From an uncultured Bacilli bacterium (GTDB lineage: Bacteria; Bacillota_I; Bacilli_A; RF39; UBA660): a stretch of 64,000 bases of DNA. Of the stretch, positions 52,128 to 62,257 are shown in pieces. Made by a program: the position numbers and the translations under genes. The notes beneath the pieces are model-generated. The model saw only the letters and a program-made list of their open reading frames with translations, ran no database searches and was not told where the DNA came from. The DNA is taken from the NCBI GenBank assembly GCA_944371955.1, contig CALVYB010000001.1, forward strand, positions 422 through 64,421, read 5' to 3'. Position 1 is the stretch's first letter. Every line of letters starts with the position of its first letter.

Positions 52128-52541
52128 TCAACCAGCAGCGGGAGCATCTGTCACTTCTTCTACAGCAACACTATACTGTTTAGGAAGAGATTTACTATCA
52201 TAGGTATAAACTTCTTCCTTAACCTCACCAACTTCTAATGCCGGTAAAACAATTTGGATATTATCTATCATCTTCTGTTTCTGATTATAGAAAATAATAA
52301 TTGCATTGGTATTCTCTAATTTTAATTCACTATCATTTTTCATTTTTATTTTAAATGAATTATCATCTATCAATTGAAATTCTAAAAACTCATAACCAAA
52401 ACATGCTGTAAAAAGGAATTTAACTTTCGACTCAGTCTTTTCTTCAATACTTGGTTCGACTTGATAGAGATTTAAACCAACACCAATACCCAACATGATA
52501 ATTCCTAATAAAGTGCATATTATTATACTTTTCTTTAACAT
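52128..52541 (-). CDS. small membrane-anchored protein co-transcribed with the pilin-adhesin gene
   Basis: Start set at the ATG at 52539..52541 (MLKKSIIICTLLGIIMLGIGVGL...), which lies 1 nt from the upstream stop (ATGTTAA). One TM helix plus a roughly 110-aa domain. Confidence 0.5.
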   Translation of the reverse strand: MLKKSIIICTLLGIIMLGIGVGLNLYQVEPSIEEKTESKVKFLFTACFGYEFLEFQLIDDNSFKIKMKNDSELKLENTNAIIIFYNQKQKMIDNIQIVLPALEVGEVKEEVYTYDSKSLPKQYSVAVEEVTDAPAAG

Positions 52542-54736
52542 CCTGACTCCCCATTCCCTCCTATATAATCTACAGTGAACCTTACAGAAAATGTTGAAGT
52601 ATTGCCTACATAATCCTCTAAAGTATACTCTCTCCAATATTGACAAGGATTATCTTTATGAGGTTCTCTTTGGCTCAAACACCCTCCATCTGGTGTTAGT
52701 CTATTAGCATAATCATACATCTCAAAACCAGATTTCCAATAAGTCTTATAACCACTTCCGACGTCGGAAGCTTTAAAACTCACTCCCATAACATCAAAAG
52801 ATCCTGGTGTATCAACTAAACACACTGTAGCTGTACAACTAGCTGGTGCTTTACAAAATATATCTTTAATGTATGGACCATTCTTTATCACAACATCATC
52901 CTTATTCTTTTGCTCCACGTATACTCTATCTTTTAATAACACTTCATGAACACGCGGTGCGGTAAGATCTTGCTTAATCGTTTTTTTTGTTACTCCAGAG
53001 ACATTTCCGGCTTTATCTACTGCTCTTACATATCTATACGTTATACCATCACTATAGTTTCTATATAGTTTATTGGAAAATGTTGTTTGATCCCAAAAAT
53101 TCCAGTCATACCATACCTTATTGTTTGGTGAAATTTGGTATTTACTTATTCCACTTCCACTATCCGTTGACTTCGGTACTGGATTATTTTTATCAGTACT
53201 ACCAGCGGTATAAAATAAAGTTGAACTCCATGTATTATCTGGTAACGATTGCCAACTACCATTTACTAATTCTACAGCCGGTGCGCTTGGAGCTGTCTTA
53301 TCAATTTTTACCGTTTGATTGGCAGGACAGTCAGTAGAATTACCAGCATTATCATAAACTTTACCAGGGCCTTCAGTTGTCGAATTAATATCTTTCGTAT
53401 ACTTCTTAATAACATCTGTTGTACAACCGCTTAAATTATCACTACAATCCCCAGTCAATGTTCTGGCACCGTTTGTCCACGCCGCATTACCACCGCTAGA
53501 AACACAGGTTGGAGGTGTTTTGTCAATATACGTATTAACAGTACAATTTCTACTATTACCAGCATTATCTTCTATCACAACAACACCAGTTTTACCTTCT
53601 GAAGAAATAGTTTCACTATAAGTATCTTTTACACATTCACTTCCACCCGTATCATTACAAGCAACTGTTACTTCTTGATTTTGATTAGTCCAAGTCTTAT
53701 TCTCACCACTTTTACTTCCGCAAGATGGTTTATCAACATCTAAATAAACATCTACTTCACAAGTATTAGTATTACCTGCATTATCCTCGATAGTAAAGGT
53801 ATAAGTTTTAATACTTGAGCCAAAATATTTACTATAAGAAGTTTCCTTACAACCACTAGCTGCATCATCACAAGCCTGTTCTATTTTAAAAGGAGTATTT
53901 GACCATGTTGTCTTATCACCACTGCTATCTCCACAAACAGGTTTATCATTATCTATCTTATAAATTCCTGCCACAGTATCAATAACTGTTTGATTACCTA
54001 AAGCATCTTGAATCCCATTAGTTGAAGAAGAATACCAAGGACGAACTACTAATTTATATTGTCCTGTCACGGTAGGAATGTTACTAGTTGGAATTTTATC
54101 AGTTACTTTCTTCACACCTTTTTTATTTTTATAATTATGAGTATATTCTTCGCTTACTTTTGTCCCAGAGATATCAGTCCAATAATATATAATACCAATA
54201 TTTTTATTCAATGTGTAATCATCTGATATTATAATACTTATTTTTAAATTTTTTGACTGTACCCAGTCACGACTAGATGGAGAAATAGTAACCGTAGGTC
54301 CTTTGGTATCTGGTTCATTGGTACATAAATCGGTATCTATCTTTTTTTCATAAACTATTTTCTCACTATTTCTACAAGTAATAGCTGTTGAATATAAATA
54401 ATTATCATTAACTTTTCTAACTTCTACATACGTTTCAGCATCATTACTACAAGTAATATTTTTATCACCAAAATCTTTAATTAAATTTTGTTTTTTTAGT
54501 TCTGAATAAGGAACTGTAACACATCCAGAAGTATTATTTCCAAATAAATCTTTAGAACGAGAATCTATATATAATTTAGCTCCACTCTCAATAGAACTAT
54601 AATAAGCATCATACTTCTTATTTTTATTTGCACTTTGAATTTTAGAGACTTGAGGTAATGCCAATATTAAAATTACTCCCATAATGGCTATTACTACAAT
54701 CAATTCAACCAAAGTAAAACCTTTATTATTTCTCAT
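52535..54736 (-). CDS. modular type IV pilin-like adhesin: class-III prepilin N-terminus fused to tandem Cys-containing Ig-like repeats
   Basis: N-terminus 'MRNNKG|FTLVELIVVIAIMGVILILALP' is a canonical prepilin signal with Glu5. Three or four repeats of roughly 70 aa follow, of the form 'DKP.CG...G....WTN......AC.D..SGC....Y........TF.IEDNAGN...C.V.VY.D'. The C-terminus is Cys-rich. 733 aa. Confidence 0.7.
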   Translation of the reverse strand: MRNNKGFTLVELIVVIAIMGVILILALPQVSKIQSANKNKKYDAYYSSIESGAKLYIDSRSKDLFGNNTSGCVTVPYSELKKQNLIKDFGDKNITCSNDAETYVEVRKVNDNYLYSTAITCRNSEKIVYEKKIDTDLCTNEPDTKGPTVTISPSSRDWVQSKNLKISIIISDDYTLNKNIGIIYYWTDISGTKVSEEYTHNYKNKKGVKKVTDKIPTSNIPTVTGQYKLVVRPWYSSSTNGIQDALGNQTVIDTVAGIYKIDNDKPVCGDSSGDKTTWSNTPFKIEQACDDAASGCKETSYSKYFGSSIKTYTFTIEDNAGNTNTCEVDVYLDVDKPSCGSKSGENKTWTNQNQEVTVACNDTGGSECVKDTYSETISSEGKTGVVVIEDNAGNSRNCTVNTYIDKTPPTCVSSGGNAAWTNGARTLTGDCSDNLSGCTTDVIKKYTKDINSTTEGPGKVYDNAGNSTDCPANQTVKIDKTAPSAPAVELVNGSWQSLPDNTWSSTLFYTAGSTDKNNPVPKSTDSGSGISKYQISPNNKVWYDWNFWDQTTFSNKLYRNYSDGITYRYVRAVDKAGNVSGVTKKTIKQDLTAPRVHEVLLKDRVYVEQKNKDDVVIKNGPYIKDIFCKAPASCTATVCLVDTPGSFDVMGVSFKASDVGSGYKTYWKSGFEMYDYANRLTPDGGCLSQREPHKDNPCQYWREYTLEDYVGNTSTFSVRFTVDYIGGNGESGC

Positions 54737-54988
54737 TTAATTTCACCCTACCTTATATAATATAATAATATAACATTTAAACCAAAGACGCAATAAAAAA
54801 TAAAAAAAGATTACAGTAAGATAATCGATAATAATCCTTTAATCGTATTACTACGTTAGATTTTCCATCTTTTCTGTATCTCTTTAATTTACTCATAAAT
54901 CAATATTATATTTTCTATTTTCAATGTTAACAGAAGAACTACATTAAATAATTATAAAAAACTACTAAAATACATATTTTAACAAAAT

Positions 54989-55876
54989 CTAATAGAATGA
55001 TAGCTGACCTGTAGCATCTTCTATGACAGGTGATTTCTGACTTGTTCCCACTGTTCCTAATTTTTGGTATGTTTTTGGTTTTTCCTTATCATCAGCTGTC
55101 TTTTTACCAATAAACAAATCTGCAAACGCTGGTAAACAGACCTTTATAGTACTAGAATCACCGGTGTTAGCCAAATATAAGAGAGTACTGATTTTTTGTT
55201 CATCCGGCATTCTCCCTACTGTATCACAAGTAATCTTTTGTTCCCTCAATGTAGCAGTTGCTCTGTCAATCCAATCTCTCAGATTTGGATATTGCTTTTT
55301 AACAACATTTATTTTTTCTTGTTCACCACAACCGATTAATGCCGCTAAGACTCTTTCGTTAACACCAAAGTAGGATATATAGTTGACAATTGCATCAGCT
55401 GAATGCGAACCCACAACAGCGTCTTCTAACTTTTCCTGTACCATAGACAAAGCAGGATCCCTATCTTCCCGACCATAAAAATTATTATTTAAAATTCTTT
55501 GTACAGGATCAAAATACCAATAATCGTTCTTTTCTGTTGCCAACTCTATAATTGCAAAAGATAATTGAGCAATTCGCACATAATCGTACCGTCTATCAGC
55601 TATAGATAAAAAATCAGTCATGTGCTCTATAGACCTCAAACCAATCATATACTCAGTACTTCTTTCAAATACAATCTTGTTATAATAAGAGCACGAAATC
55701 ATACCATTTATATCATTATTCTTGACAAGACGATCTGCCATTCGCTGATTGTCTGATGCAGTAAGTGGAAAGTCATCTATGCAAAGTTCAATGAAACCAG
55801 CCACTGAAATCTTATCAATGAAAGGATCCATAAACCATTCACGAGAAGCTCCTGGCAAGTTTAAAAAGTATTGCAA
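54989..55876 (-). CDS. hypothetical protein (higher-GC gene; probable true start is the ATG at 55829..55831)
   Basis: The tracked ORF begins at a TTG. An internal 'MDPFIDK' start is more plausible. Local GC is around 40%. Confidence 0.4.
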   Translation of the reverse strand: MQYFLNLPGASREWFMDPFIDKISVAGFIELCIDDFPLTASDNQRMADRLVKNNDINGMISCSYYNKIVFERSTEYMIGLRSIEHMTDFLSIADRRYDYVRIAQLSFAIIELATEKNDYWYFDPVQRILNNNFYGREDRDPALSMVQEKLEDAVVGSHSADAIVNYISYFGVNERVLAALIGCGEQEKINVVKKQYPNLRDWIDRATATLREQKITCDTVGRMPDEQKISTLLYLANTGDSSTIKVCLPAFADLFIGKKTADDKEKPKTYQKLGTVGTSQKSPVIEDATGQLSFY

Positions 55877-56256
55877 ATAGTATTTTTATTAACTATATTT
55901 GCTTCTTGAGCTACTTTTGCAGCCACTGATTTTTCGAACTTACACAAAGTGCTTTTCTTTATTCTTTCATTCTCTACAGCAGTTTTTACTATACCACATA
56001 AATCAGCAAGATAGCACATATAGAAACGACATTGCTCAAAAATACTATTACATAAATAATCACCGGAATCTAGATCCATTAAAGAAGGATCACTTAACAA
56101 ATACTTTGCAAATTCAAAGCACTTACAAGAAACAACTACCGAAATTAAGTCATCAACGTTCAAAATTCCATTATCAATAAATAATCTAACCGTATCAAAA
56201 GAGCCATTTAAAGGATATTTAATTAAGTTTAAAATCATTTTTTCTTTACGATTCAT
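55861..56256 (-). CDS. hypothetical Cys-rich protein (131 aa)
   Basis: ORF overlapping the next gene by 16 nt at a T5/A5 run. It may be the N-terminal part of one gene. Confidence 0.35.
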   Translation of the reverse strand: MNRKEKMILNLIKYPLNGSFDTVRLFIDNGILNVDDLISVVVSCKCFEFAKYLLSDPSLMDLDSGDYLCNSIFEQCRFYMCYLADLCGIVKTAVENERIKKSTLCKFEKSVAAKVAQEANIVNKNTICNTF

Positions 56257-56706
56257 ATAATTTCACCACTTTCAATAATTAATACAAATACAAACAATCT
56301 TTAAATTTTCTTACTTTTCCTCCATGAGTTTCTATAATTTTATAATCTTCTTTTATATAAACTTATTGTCTTAAAATTGAATGTAAAGGATACCATTCAT
56401 CTTGTTCAAATATTATCTTTTGCTTCTATCAAAAAAGTATTAGATAAATCCCTAAATTTGCCTTCTTTTAGCCTTAATAATCCTTTTATATATCATTATT
56501 TAATAATGTGATTAATCCAATCTCTCTTTCACCGAATATTATATAATACAACATAAAAAAAGAAAGGTAATTATAACTTTTCTTTATGTAGAAGTATACT
56601 GCGAAATATTTCTATTAGAAATTAAAATTAAATTAAATAAGTTGTACAAAGTAGCATATTTCTAAAATTTAATTATATAGATAAAACAGAACATACTTCC
56701 AAATCA

Positions 56707-56738
56707 CAAAAAAGAATCAATCATGATTCTTTTTTTTC
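56707..56738 (-). terminator. bidirectional terminator hairpin overlapping the stop codon of the DUF1113 gene
   Basis: A6-AGAATCA-ATCA-TGATTCT-T8. The stem includes the TGA stop at 56717..56719. Confidence 0.5.
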
Positions 56739-57451
56739 CTTTTCAAAATAAAAAATTCTTTTTCAGTTGACTGAAAAAAATTTAAGAAGTCCTTAAACTT
56801 TTTATTAGCGCTAGAAACTCCAGGAAAAGCTTTCAATAATCGTGAAGTTAATAAAATATTTTTCTTCAATGCTTGCCCCACTTCTTTTTTTATCCTAGCA
56901 GTAGCATCAATATGTAGATATCTACTAAAATTTATTTTCAAATTGTTTGTAATATAACAAGAAACAATACAATCTATTAAAAAAATAACAAAGGCAATGA
57001 TACCCATATGAATAATAACTTCCTTTGGAAAAAAATGTACAAACCAAGTCAAAAATGGATTCAATACTTTAATAACAATAATTCCACCTATTCCGAACAA
57101 TACAGAATTAAGCAAGCAAACTCTCCCATTTAAATTAAACTTATACTCACTATAGTCCCACCAACGAAGTTTAAATAACTTTTCCATAACCAAACTAGTA
57201 AAATATTCAAGCAACGTACAAAAAAAAGTACCTATAACAAATAACGCAACTAAATCATTTTCATACTTACCTAAAAAATAAGCCAAAAATAAAGATCCTA
57301 CTCCATAAATCGGTAAATACGGCCCGATCAAAAAACCTCTATTCCAAACTGGTTTTCTAGTCATAATAGTAACATTAATAATTTCTACTATATATCCAAT
57401 AATAGAATATAGTAAAAACAAAACAAACCAATAACAGAAATTATATAGCAT
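56717..57451 (-). CDS. polytopic membrane protein (DUF1113 / 'ABC-transporter type IV'-like)
   Basis: 244 aa with several TM helices ('VLFLLYSIIGYIVEII', 'GPYLPIYGVGSLFLAYFLG'). Confidence 0.5.
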   Translation of the reverse strand: MLYNFCYWFVLFLLYSIIGYIVEIINVTIMTRKPVWNRGFLIGPYLPIYGVGSLFLAYFLGKYENDLVALFVIGTFFCTLLEYFTSLVMEKLFKLRWWDYSEYKFNLNGRVCLLNSVLFGIGGIIVIKVLNPFLTWFVHFFPKEVIIHMGIIAFVIFLIDCIVSCYITNNLKINFSRYLHIDATARIKKEVGQALKKNILLTSRLLKAFPGVSSANKKFKDFLNFFQSTEKEFFILKRKKKNHD

Positions 57452-57459
57452 ATTTCCTC

Positions 57460-58215
57460 CTAAACAATTAAGGATATTAGCATAATAATAATCCCTAAAC
57501 CAACACCTAAATTACGCTCTTTTTTAAACTTACTATGTCTAATTCTTGGCCACAATTCAGAAAATAATATAAATAGCAGCATTCCTAAAGTAAGAGATAA
57601 TAAACTACCTAAAGCCCATTCAGGTACTAGTTGGTTATTTAAGAAAAACGATAATATACCACCAAATAATGTAGATAAGGCAACGCCACCAATAGATAAC
57701 CAAATTTTAAGAGGTTTTTGATTACCTTGATAAAATGTAGTAGCAATAACCATTCCTAAAGGCAAATTATGAAATCCAATACCAATCGCTAACATCAAAC
57801 CAGTACTAACCTCACTCAAAACAGTTGAATAGACTGCCATTCCTTCAACTACATTATGAATAATAAGCGCAACAGAAGAAATAATCCCAATATGAGCCAA
57901 ATTATTATTAGCTTCTTTTTTAGTCATCTTATCATGCTCATGATGATCAGGAATAAATTGATCTAACAATCGTAATACCCCATAGCCTAAAAAAGAAAAA
58001 ATCAAAAATAGCCAAATATACTTAAGTCCCAAATGCTCAACAACATCAGGGATTAAATCTATTATAATTAACATAATAATAACACTAAAAGCAAGTCCTA
58101 AAGAAAAATCAGTAATTTTATCTTTTTTATTTGCCAAAAACGCCACAAGAGCGCCAATTAAAACAAATACCCCTAACAATAGAGTAATCAACAATCCAAT
58201 AATTTCTATTTTCAT
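57460..58215 (-). CDS. ZIP-family zinc/metal transporter
   Basis: 'HNVVEGMAVY' and 'GFHNLPLGM' ZIP signatures. Eight TM helices. Confidence 0.8.
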   Translation of the reverse strand: MKIEIIGLLITLLLGVFVLIGALVAFLANKKDKITDFSLGLAFSVIIMLIIIDLIPDVVEHLGLKYIWLFLIFSFLGYGVLRLLDQFIPDHHEHDKMTKKEANNNLAHIGIISSVALIIHNVVEGMAVYSTVLSEVSTGLMLAIGIGFHNLPLGMVIATTFYQGNQKPLKIWLSIGGVALSTLFGGILSFFLNNQLVPEWALGSLLSLTLGMLLFILFSELWPRIRHSKFKKERNLGVGLGIIIMLISLIV

Positions 58216-58223
58216 ACTCTCAC

Positions 58224-59039
58224 CTATCTAACAAAAATATAAACTAAAACCACTACAGCCAAAGCTACTCTATATACCATAAAAACTTTAAAATTATGTT
58301 TTTGTAAATACTTCAATAAATATTTAATACATAATAGTCCAACTACAAAAGAAACTAATATACCTAAAATAAATGTTCCTAAATTAGCAACAATAACACT
58401 TAATGTAGTTCCCTTTATAAGGTGTAATACAACTGCTCCTAATACAACAGGGGCACTCAAATAAAAAGAAAATTTTGCGGCACTTTCGCGTTCAAGTCCC
58501 AATATTCTTCCAGCGGCTATAGTAGTACCACTACGAGAAAATCCAGGAATTAAAGCAAAAACTTGACTACAACCAATCAAAATAGCATCTTTAAGAGTCA
58601 TCTTCTTTATAGTTTTAGTTTCTTTGCTATATTTATCAGCTAAATAAATAATAATACCCATAACAGCAAGTGCGATAGCAATAACAACATAATTTGAACG
58701 AACCACACTTTCAATAGAGTCTTCAAAAAGAACTCCAACAATTGCTGCTGGAATAGTAGCAGCAACTAAATACCAAAGAATTTTACCATCATTATCCTTA
58801 ATACCCTTAGTAAATCCTTTACTAATCATTTTTATAAAATCAGTAAAGAAGAAAACTCCAATTGCAAGTAATGTACCAAAATGAAGTGCGATATCAAAAG
58901 TAAGATCCATATTAGAACTAATACCAGAACCAATACCAAAAATATCTCTAAAAATAATTAAATGAGCAGAAGATGATATTGGCAAAAATTCCGCAATCCC
59001 TTGAATAAATCCTAAAATTAAAATTTCAATGATATCCAT
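58224..59039 (-). CDS. uppP: undecaprenyl-diphosphate phosphatase
   Basis: 'GFIQGIAEFLPISSSAHL' and 'PGFSRSGTTI' BacA/UppP motifs. Confidence 0.9.
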   Translation of the reverse strand: MDIIEILILGFIQGIAEFLPISSSAHLIIFRDIFGIGSGISSNMDLTFDIALHFGTLLAIGVFFFTDFIKMISKGFTKGIKDNDGKILWYLVAATIPAAIVGVLFEDSIESVVRSNYVVIAIALAVMGIIIYLADKYSKETKTIKKMTLKDAILIGCSQVFALIPGFSRSGTTIAAGRILGLERESAAKFSFYLSAPVVLGAVVLHLIKGTTLSVIVANLGTFILGILVSFVVGLLCIKYLLKYLQKHNFKVFMVYRVALAVVVLVYIFVR

Positions 59040-59878
59040 TATGCATCTCCTAACTTATAACCTATAATAGTAGAAATAATAAATAATACAATTCCAACAA
59101 AAACTTCTACATTTGAAAAAGAAACATTAAATAAAGTAGCAAAAAGAGCAAAAATACTAGCAACTAAAAAACCTAAAATAGCATAATAAGTAGAAAGTTC
59201 ATATTTATTAAATAAAAATTCAATTAATTTAGCAATTAATATAATACCTATTAACACACCAAAACCAAATGGAATTAAAATCAACAAATTATGCCCAAGT
59301 TGAGAAAAATCAGTAAGTTTACTAACCACACTAACAATCGGCTTATAAAAGCCTAAAAGCATTAATACAAAAGATCCGCTAACACCTGGTATAACCATAG
59401 TAGCTGCCGCTATCATACCAACTAAAAACAAGACAAACATCATCCAAGGACTAACATGACTAAGAGATACAACATTAGAACCTTCCTGCATAAAAGCCAT
59501 ACCAATTACTACACCAAAAGTAATCAAAAACAATAACAAATTCCAAGGTTTTACCTTACTTTTTCGAATTTTTCTAGTAAGTAGCGGAACACCTCCAACA
59601 ATAAGCCCTATAAAAAACAATGTAGTTGGAAAAGGAAATTTATCTAAACACAAACTGATTACTTTACTCATCAACAAAATAGATAAAGCTGCTCCCAATC
59701 CAAAAACTAATAAAAACTTCAAATTTTTCTTTACATTTTTAAAGAAATGACTAATAGCACTAATCAAATCTTCATAAACTCCCATTGTTAGCGCAAGAGT
59801 ACCTCCACTAACTCCCGGAATAATATTAGCAATACCAACCAACGCCCCTTTAATAGCTAAAATTATCTTATCTTTCAT
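59039..59878 (-). CDS. DUF368-family membrane protein
   Basis: N-terminus 'IKGALVGIANIIPGVSGGTLALTMGVYE' with an internal repeat 'IPGVSGSFVLMLLGFY'. Confidence 0.75.
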   Translation of the reverse strand: MKDKIILAIKGALVGIANIIPGVSGGTLALTMGVYEDLISAISHFFKNVKKNLKFLLVFGLGAALSILLMSKVISLCLDKFPFPTTLFFIGLIVGGVPLLTRKIRKSKVKPWNLLLFLITFGVVIGMAFMQEGSNVVSLSHVSPWMMFVLFLVGMIAAATMVIPGVSGSFVLMLLGFYKPIVSVVSKLTDFSQLGHNLLILIPFGFGVLIGIILIAKLIEFLFNKYELSTYYAILGFLVASIFALFATLFNVSFSNVEVFVGIVLFIISTIIGYKLGDA

Positions 59879-59892
59879 AAATTTCTCCTCTA

Positions 59893-61512
59893 CTAATTTT
59901 CAAATACTTCCATAATAAGTGGAACAACGTGTTTTTTACGAGAAACACAATTCTCAACAAAATATCCTTCAGGAAGTGCCTCTTGTCCATAAACAACATC
60001 AACAATTTCTTGTCCTTTAGTATTAAAAATCACATAACTACCATTTTGAATAATATCTGTTACATACAAACCTACAAAATCATAATTATTTGCTTCTGCA
60101 ACCTCATCTAAAGTATGAACATAAGCATCTAAATCCTTCTTCATCTCGTCAAAATTCATTGTAAAGAACTGACCAATGGCAAAAGTTTTTTCATTAATAG
60201 TATATAATTTAAAATCATTATATAAAACATCTTCTTTTGTCATTCCTTCTAAAGAAGTTCCTGCTTTTAACATATTCATACCGTATTCTTGATAATCAAC
60301 TTCAGCAATACGAGCAAGTTCTTCAATTGCTTCCTTATCTCTAGGAGTAGCGGTTGGACTCTTTAATATTAAAGTATCAGATAAAATTCCCGAAATTAAC
60401 ACTCCAGCAATTTCTTTAGGAATCTCAATTCCTCTTTCTTTATATAAAGTATAAACAATCGTACAGGTAGAACCAACCGCCATATTACGGAAATTAATTG
60501 GAGCTGAAGTCGTAATACTTCCTAAATTATGATGATCAAAGATTTCCAAAATATTAGCTTCATCTAAACCCTCAACACTCTGTAACTTTTCATTATGATC
60601 AACTAAAATAACATTTTTAGGATGCTTTTCATTCAAATCGATAATTTTCAATAAACCTAAACATTTATTTTTTCTATCTACAATAGGATAATTAGTATGT
60701 TTTAGCTTATTATTAATATCTAAGACTGTATCAACATATTCATTTTCCTCAAACTTAGTAGGATTATAACTACGAATCATAGTTTTAATATAATTAGTTA
60801 AAGGTAAAAGTCTAGTAATATGATAAGAATCATATGGAGTGCGAATGATATTGACCTTATTTTTTCTAGCCATCTCGATATGTTTTTCCTTAATTTCAGA
60901 ATCACCAGATAAAATAACCAATTTAACTCCACGTTCTACTGCATATTCAATTACACTATGACGATCCCCAACAATCAAAATATCATTTGTAGAAAGAGAA
61001 ACTTCATTAATGAATGTAGTACTACGATACGCTGCCACCATAATTCGCCCAACAATTTCATCATCAAATTTTAAAATTTCTTCACCTTTTAATACTCTCA
61101 TAATATTACTATAAGAGGTAAATAATTCTTCAAAGTTAGCATTAACTATCAAATGAGATAAATCTTTAATAGTAATTAAACCTAAAAAAGTGTTATCCTG
61201 TTGAACAACAGGAATACCAGTTAACCCCTCTTGTAACATTTTCTGATAACCATCATAAACAGAATCAGTATCTTTAATAAGAAAACCTTTATGATAATTT
61301 ACATCCTTAATTTGTAATTTTACATCATTTAAATATTCAGGTTCTTTTATTCCAAAATAATCAAGAGCATATTTAGTCTCTTTATTAACATTTCCTAATA
61401 TCCTTGGTTCTGTATTCTCACCTAATCTATTTTTTAGATATGAAAGTCCTACTGCAGACATAACAGAATCTGTATCAGGCTTTTTATGTCCAAATATAAA
61501 TGTTTTTTCCAT
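59893..61512 (-). CDS. CBS-domain-containing family II (DHH-DHHA2) manganese-dependent inorganic pyrophosphatase
   Basis: Start set at the ATG at 61510..61512 (MEKTFIFGHKKPDTDS). 'DHH' motif 'LVDHNE'. CBS pair inserted in the DHH domain. DHHA2 C-terminus. Confidence 0.8.
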   Translation of the reverse strand: MEKTFIFGHKKPDTDSVMSAVGLSYLKNRLGENTEPRILGNVNKETKYALDYFGIKEPEYLNDVKLQIKDVNYHKGFLIKDTDSVYDGYQKMLQEGLTGIPVVQQDNTFLGLITIKDLSHLIVNANFEELFTSYSNIMRVLKGEEILKFDDEIVGRIMVAAYRSTTFINEVSLSTNDILIVGDRHSVIEYAVERGVKLVILSGDSEIKEKHIEMARKNKVNIIRTPYDSYHITRLLPLTNYIKTMIRSYNPTKFEENEYVDTVLDINNKLKHTNYPIVDRKNKCLGLLKIIDLNEKHPKNVILVDHNEKLQSVEGLDEANILEIFDHHNLGSITTSAPINFRNMAVGSTCTIVYTLYKERGIEIPKEIAGVLISGILSDTLILKSPTATPRDKEAIEELARIAEVDYQEYGMNMLKAGTSLEGMTKEDVLYNDFKLYTINEKTFAIGQFFTMNFDEMKKDLDAYVHTLDEVAEANNYDFVGLYVTDIIQNGSYVIFNTKGQEIVDVVYGQEALPEGYFVENCVSRKKHVVPLIMEVFEN

Positions 61513-61579
61513 ACTATCACTTCTTTCTTGCAAAAGTATAACATAAATTAAAAATAAAAAAAAGAGATAAGCTGGAAGA

Positions 61580-62104
61580 TTATCTCATTTTTACGAAATT
61601 AACTACCAAAAACATAAACAAACAAAGCGCCATACGTAATTCTTTATGAATACCATAACCCTTTTCATATAAAGCTGCAGCATCATCCAAAAAGTCAACA
61701 ATCCAGCTTTCGATATATTTAGGAGGAGTAAAAGTCACTGGAAACATATGTGTACTAATAATATCAATTTGTTTTTCTGTTAAATCAAAATATTTAGAAG
61801 CATTTTTAACAGCAAATTGAGGATGAAGTCTTAACTTCTTAGTCTCGCTCTCATCTTTTACTTCATCTAAAAAGAAATCATGAAGAAGTGCAGCAATGGT
61901 CACTTCCTTATAATCCAAATGTAAAAATTTACTCACTTTATAAGACAAATAAGCCACTCTAATAGAATGATCATATCTAGTAATTCCATGATGAGTAATA
62001 AATTTCAATTGATTAAATTCCTCTATTTCAAGAACCGGGCTAATAATTCGCTCGAATTCTAAATCATCATAACTGTTCATATAAACATCCTTTTCTCTTA
62101 TCAT
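61580..62104 (-). CDS. HD-domain phosphohydrolase
   Basis: 'H...RV...LLHD' HD motif spacing ('HSIRVAYL', 'AALLHDFF'). Confidence 0.65.
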   Translation of the reverse strand: MIREKDVYMNSYDDLEFERIISPVLEIEEFNQLKFITHHGITRYDHSIRVAYLSYKVSKFLHLDYKEVTIAALLHDFFLDEVKDESETKKLRLHPQFAVKNASKYFDLTEKQIDIISTHMFPVTFTPPKYIESWIVDFLDDAAALYEKGYGIHKELRMALCLFMFLVVNFVKMR

Positions 62105-62257
62105 AAATATTTTATGACAACTACTACCTTACAATGATAACATAAAATCTTTTTTTCACGCAAGTCACAAAAAAATTATACATGTCAATTGACAAACGTC
62201 TATATAACGCTCATAAAGTATAACATATCATTCAAAAAAACGCAAATAACAATCACG

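Noticed and set aside
61580-62104. Naming the HD-domain protein yqeK (Ap4A hydrolase)
   Set aside because: Only the generic H..RV...LLHD spacing is visible. Without the nadD operon context the specific assignment is unsupported.
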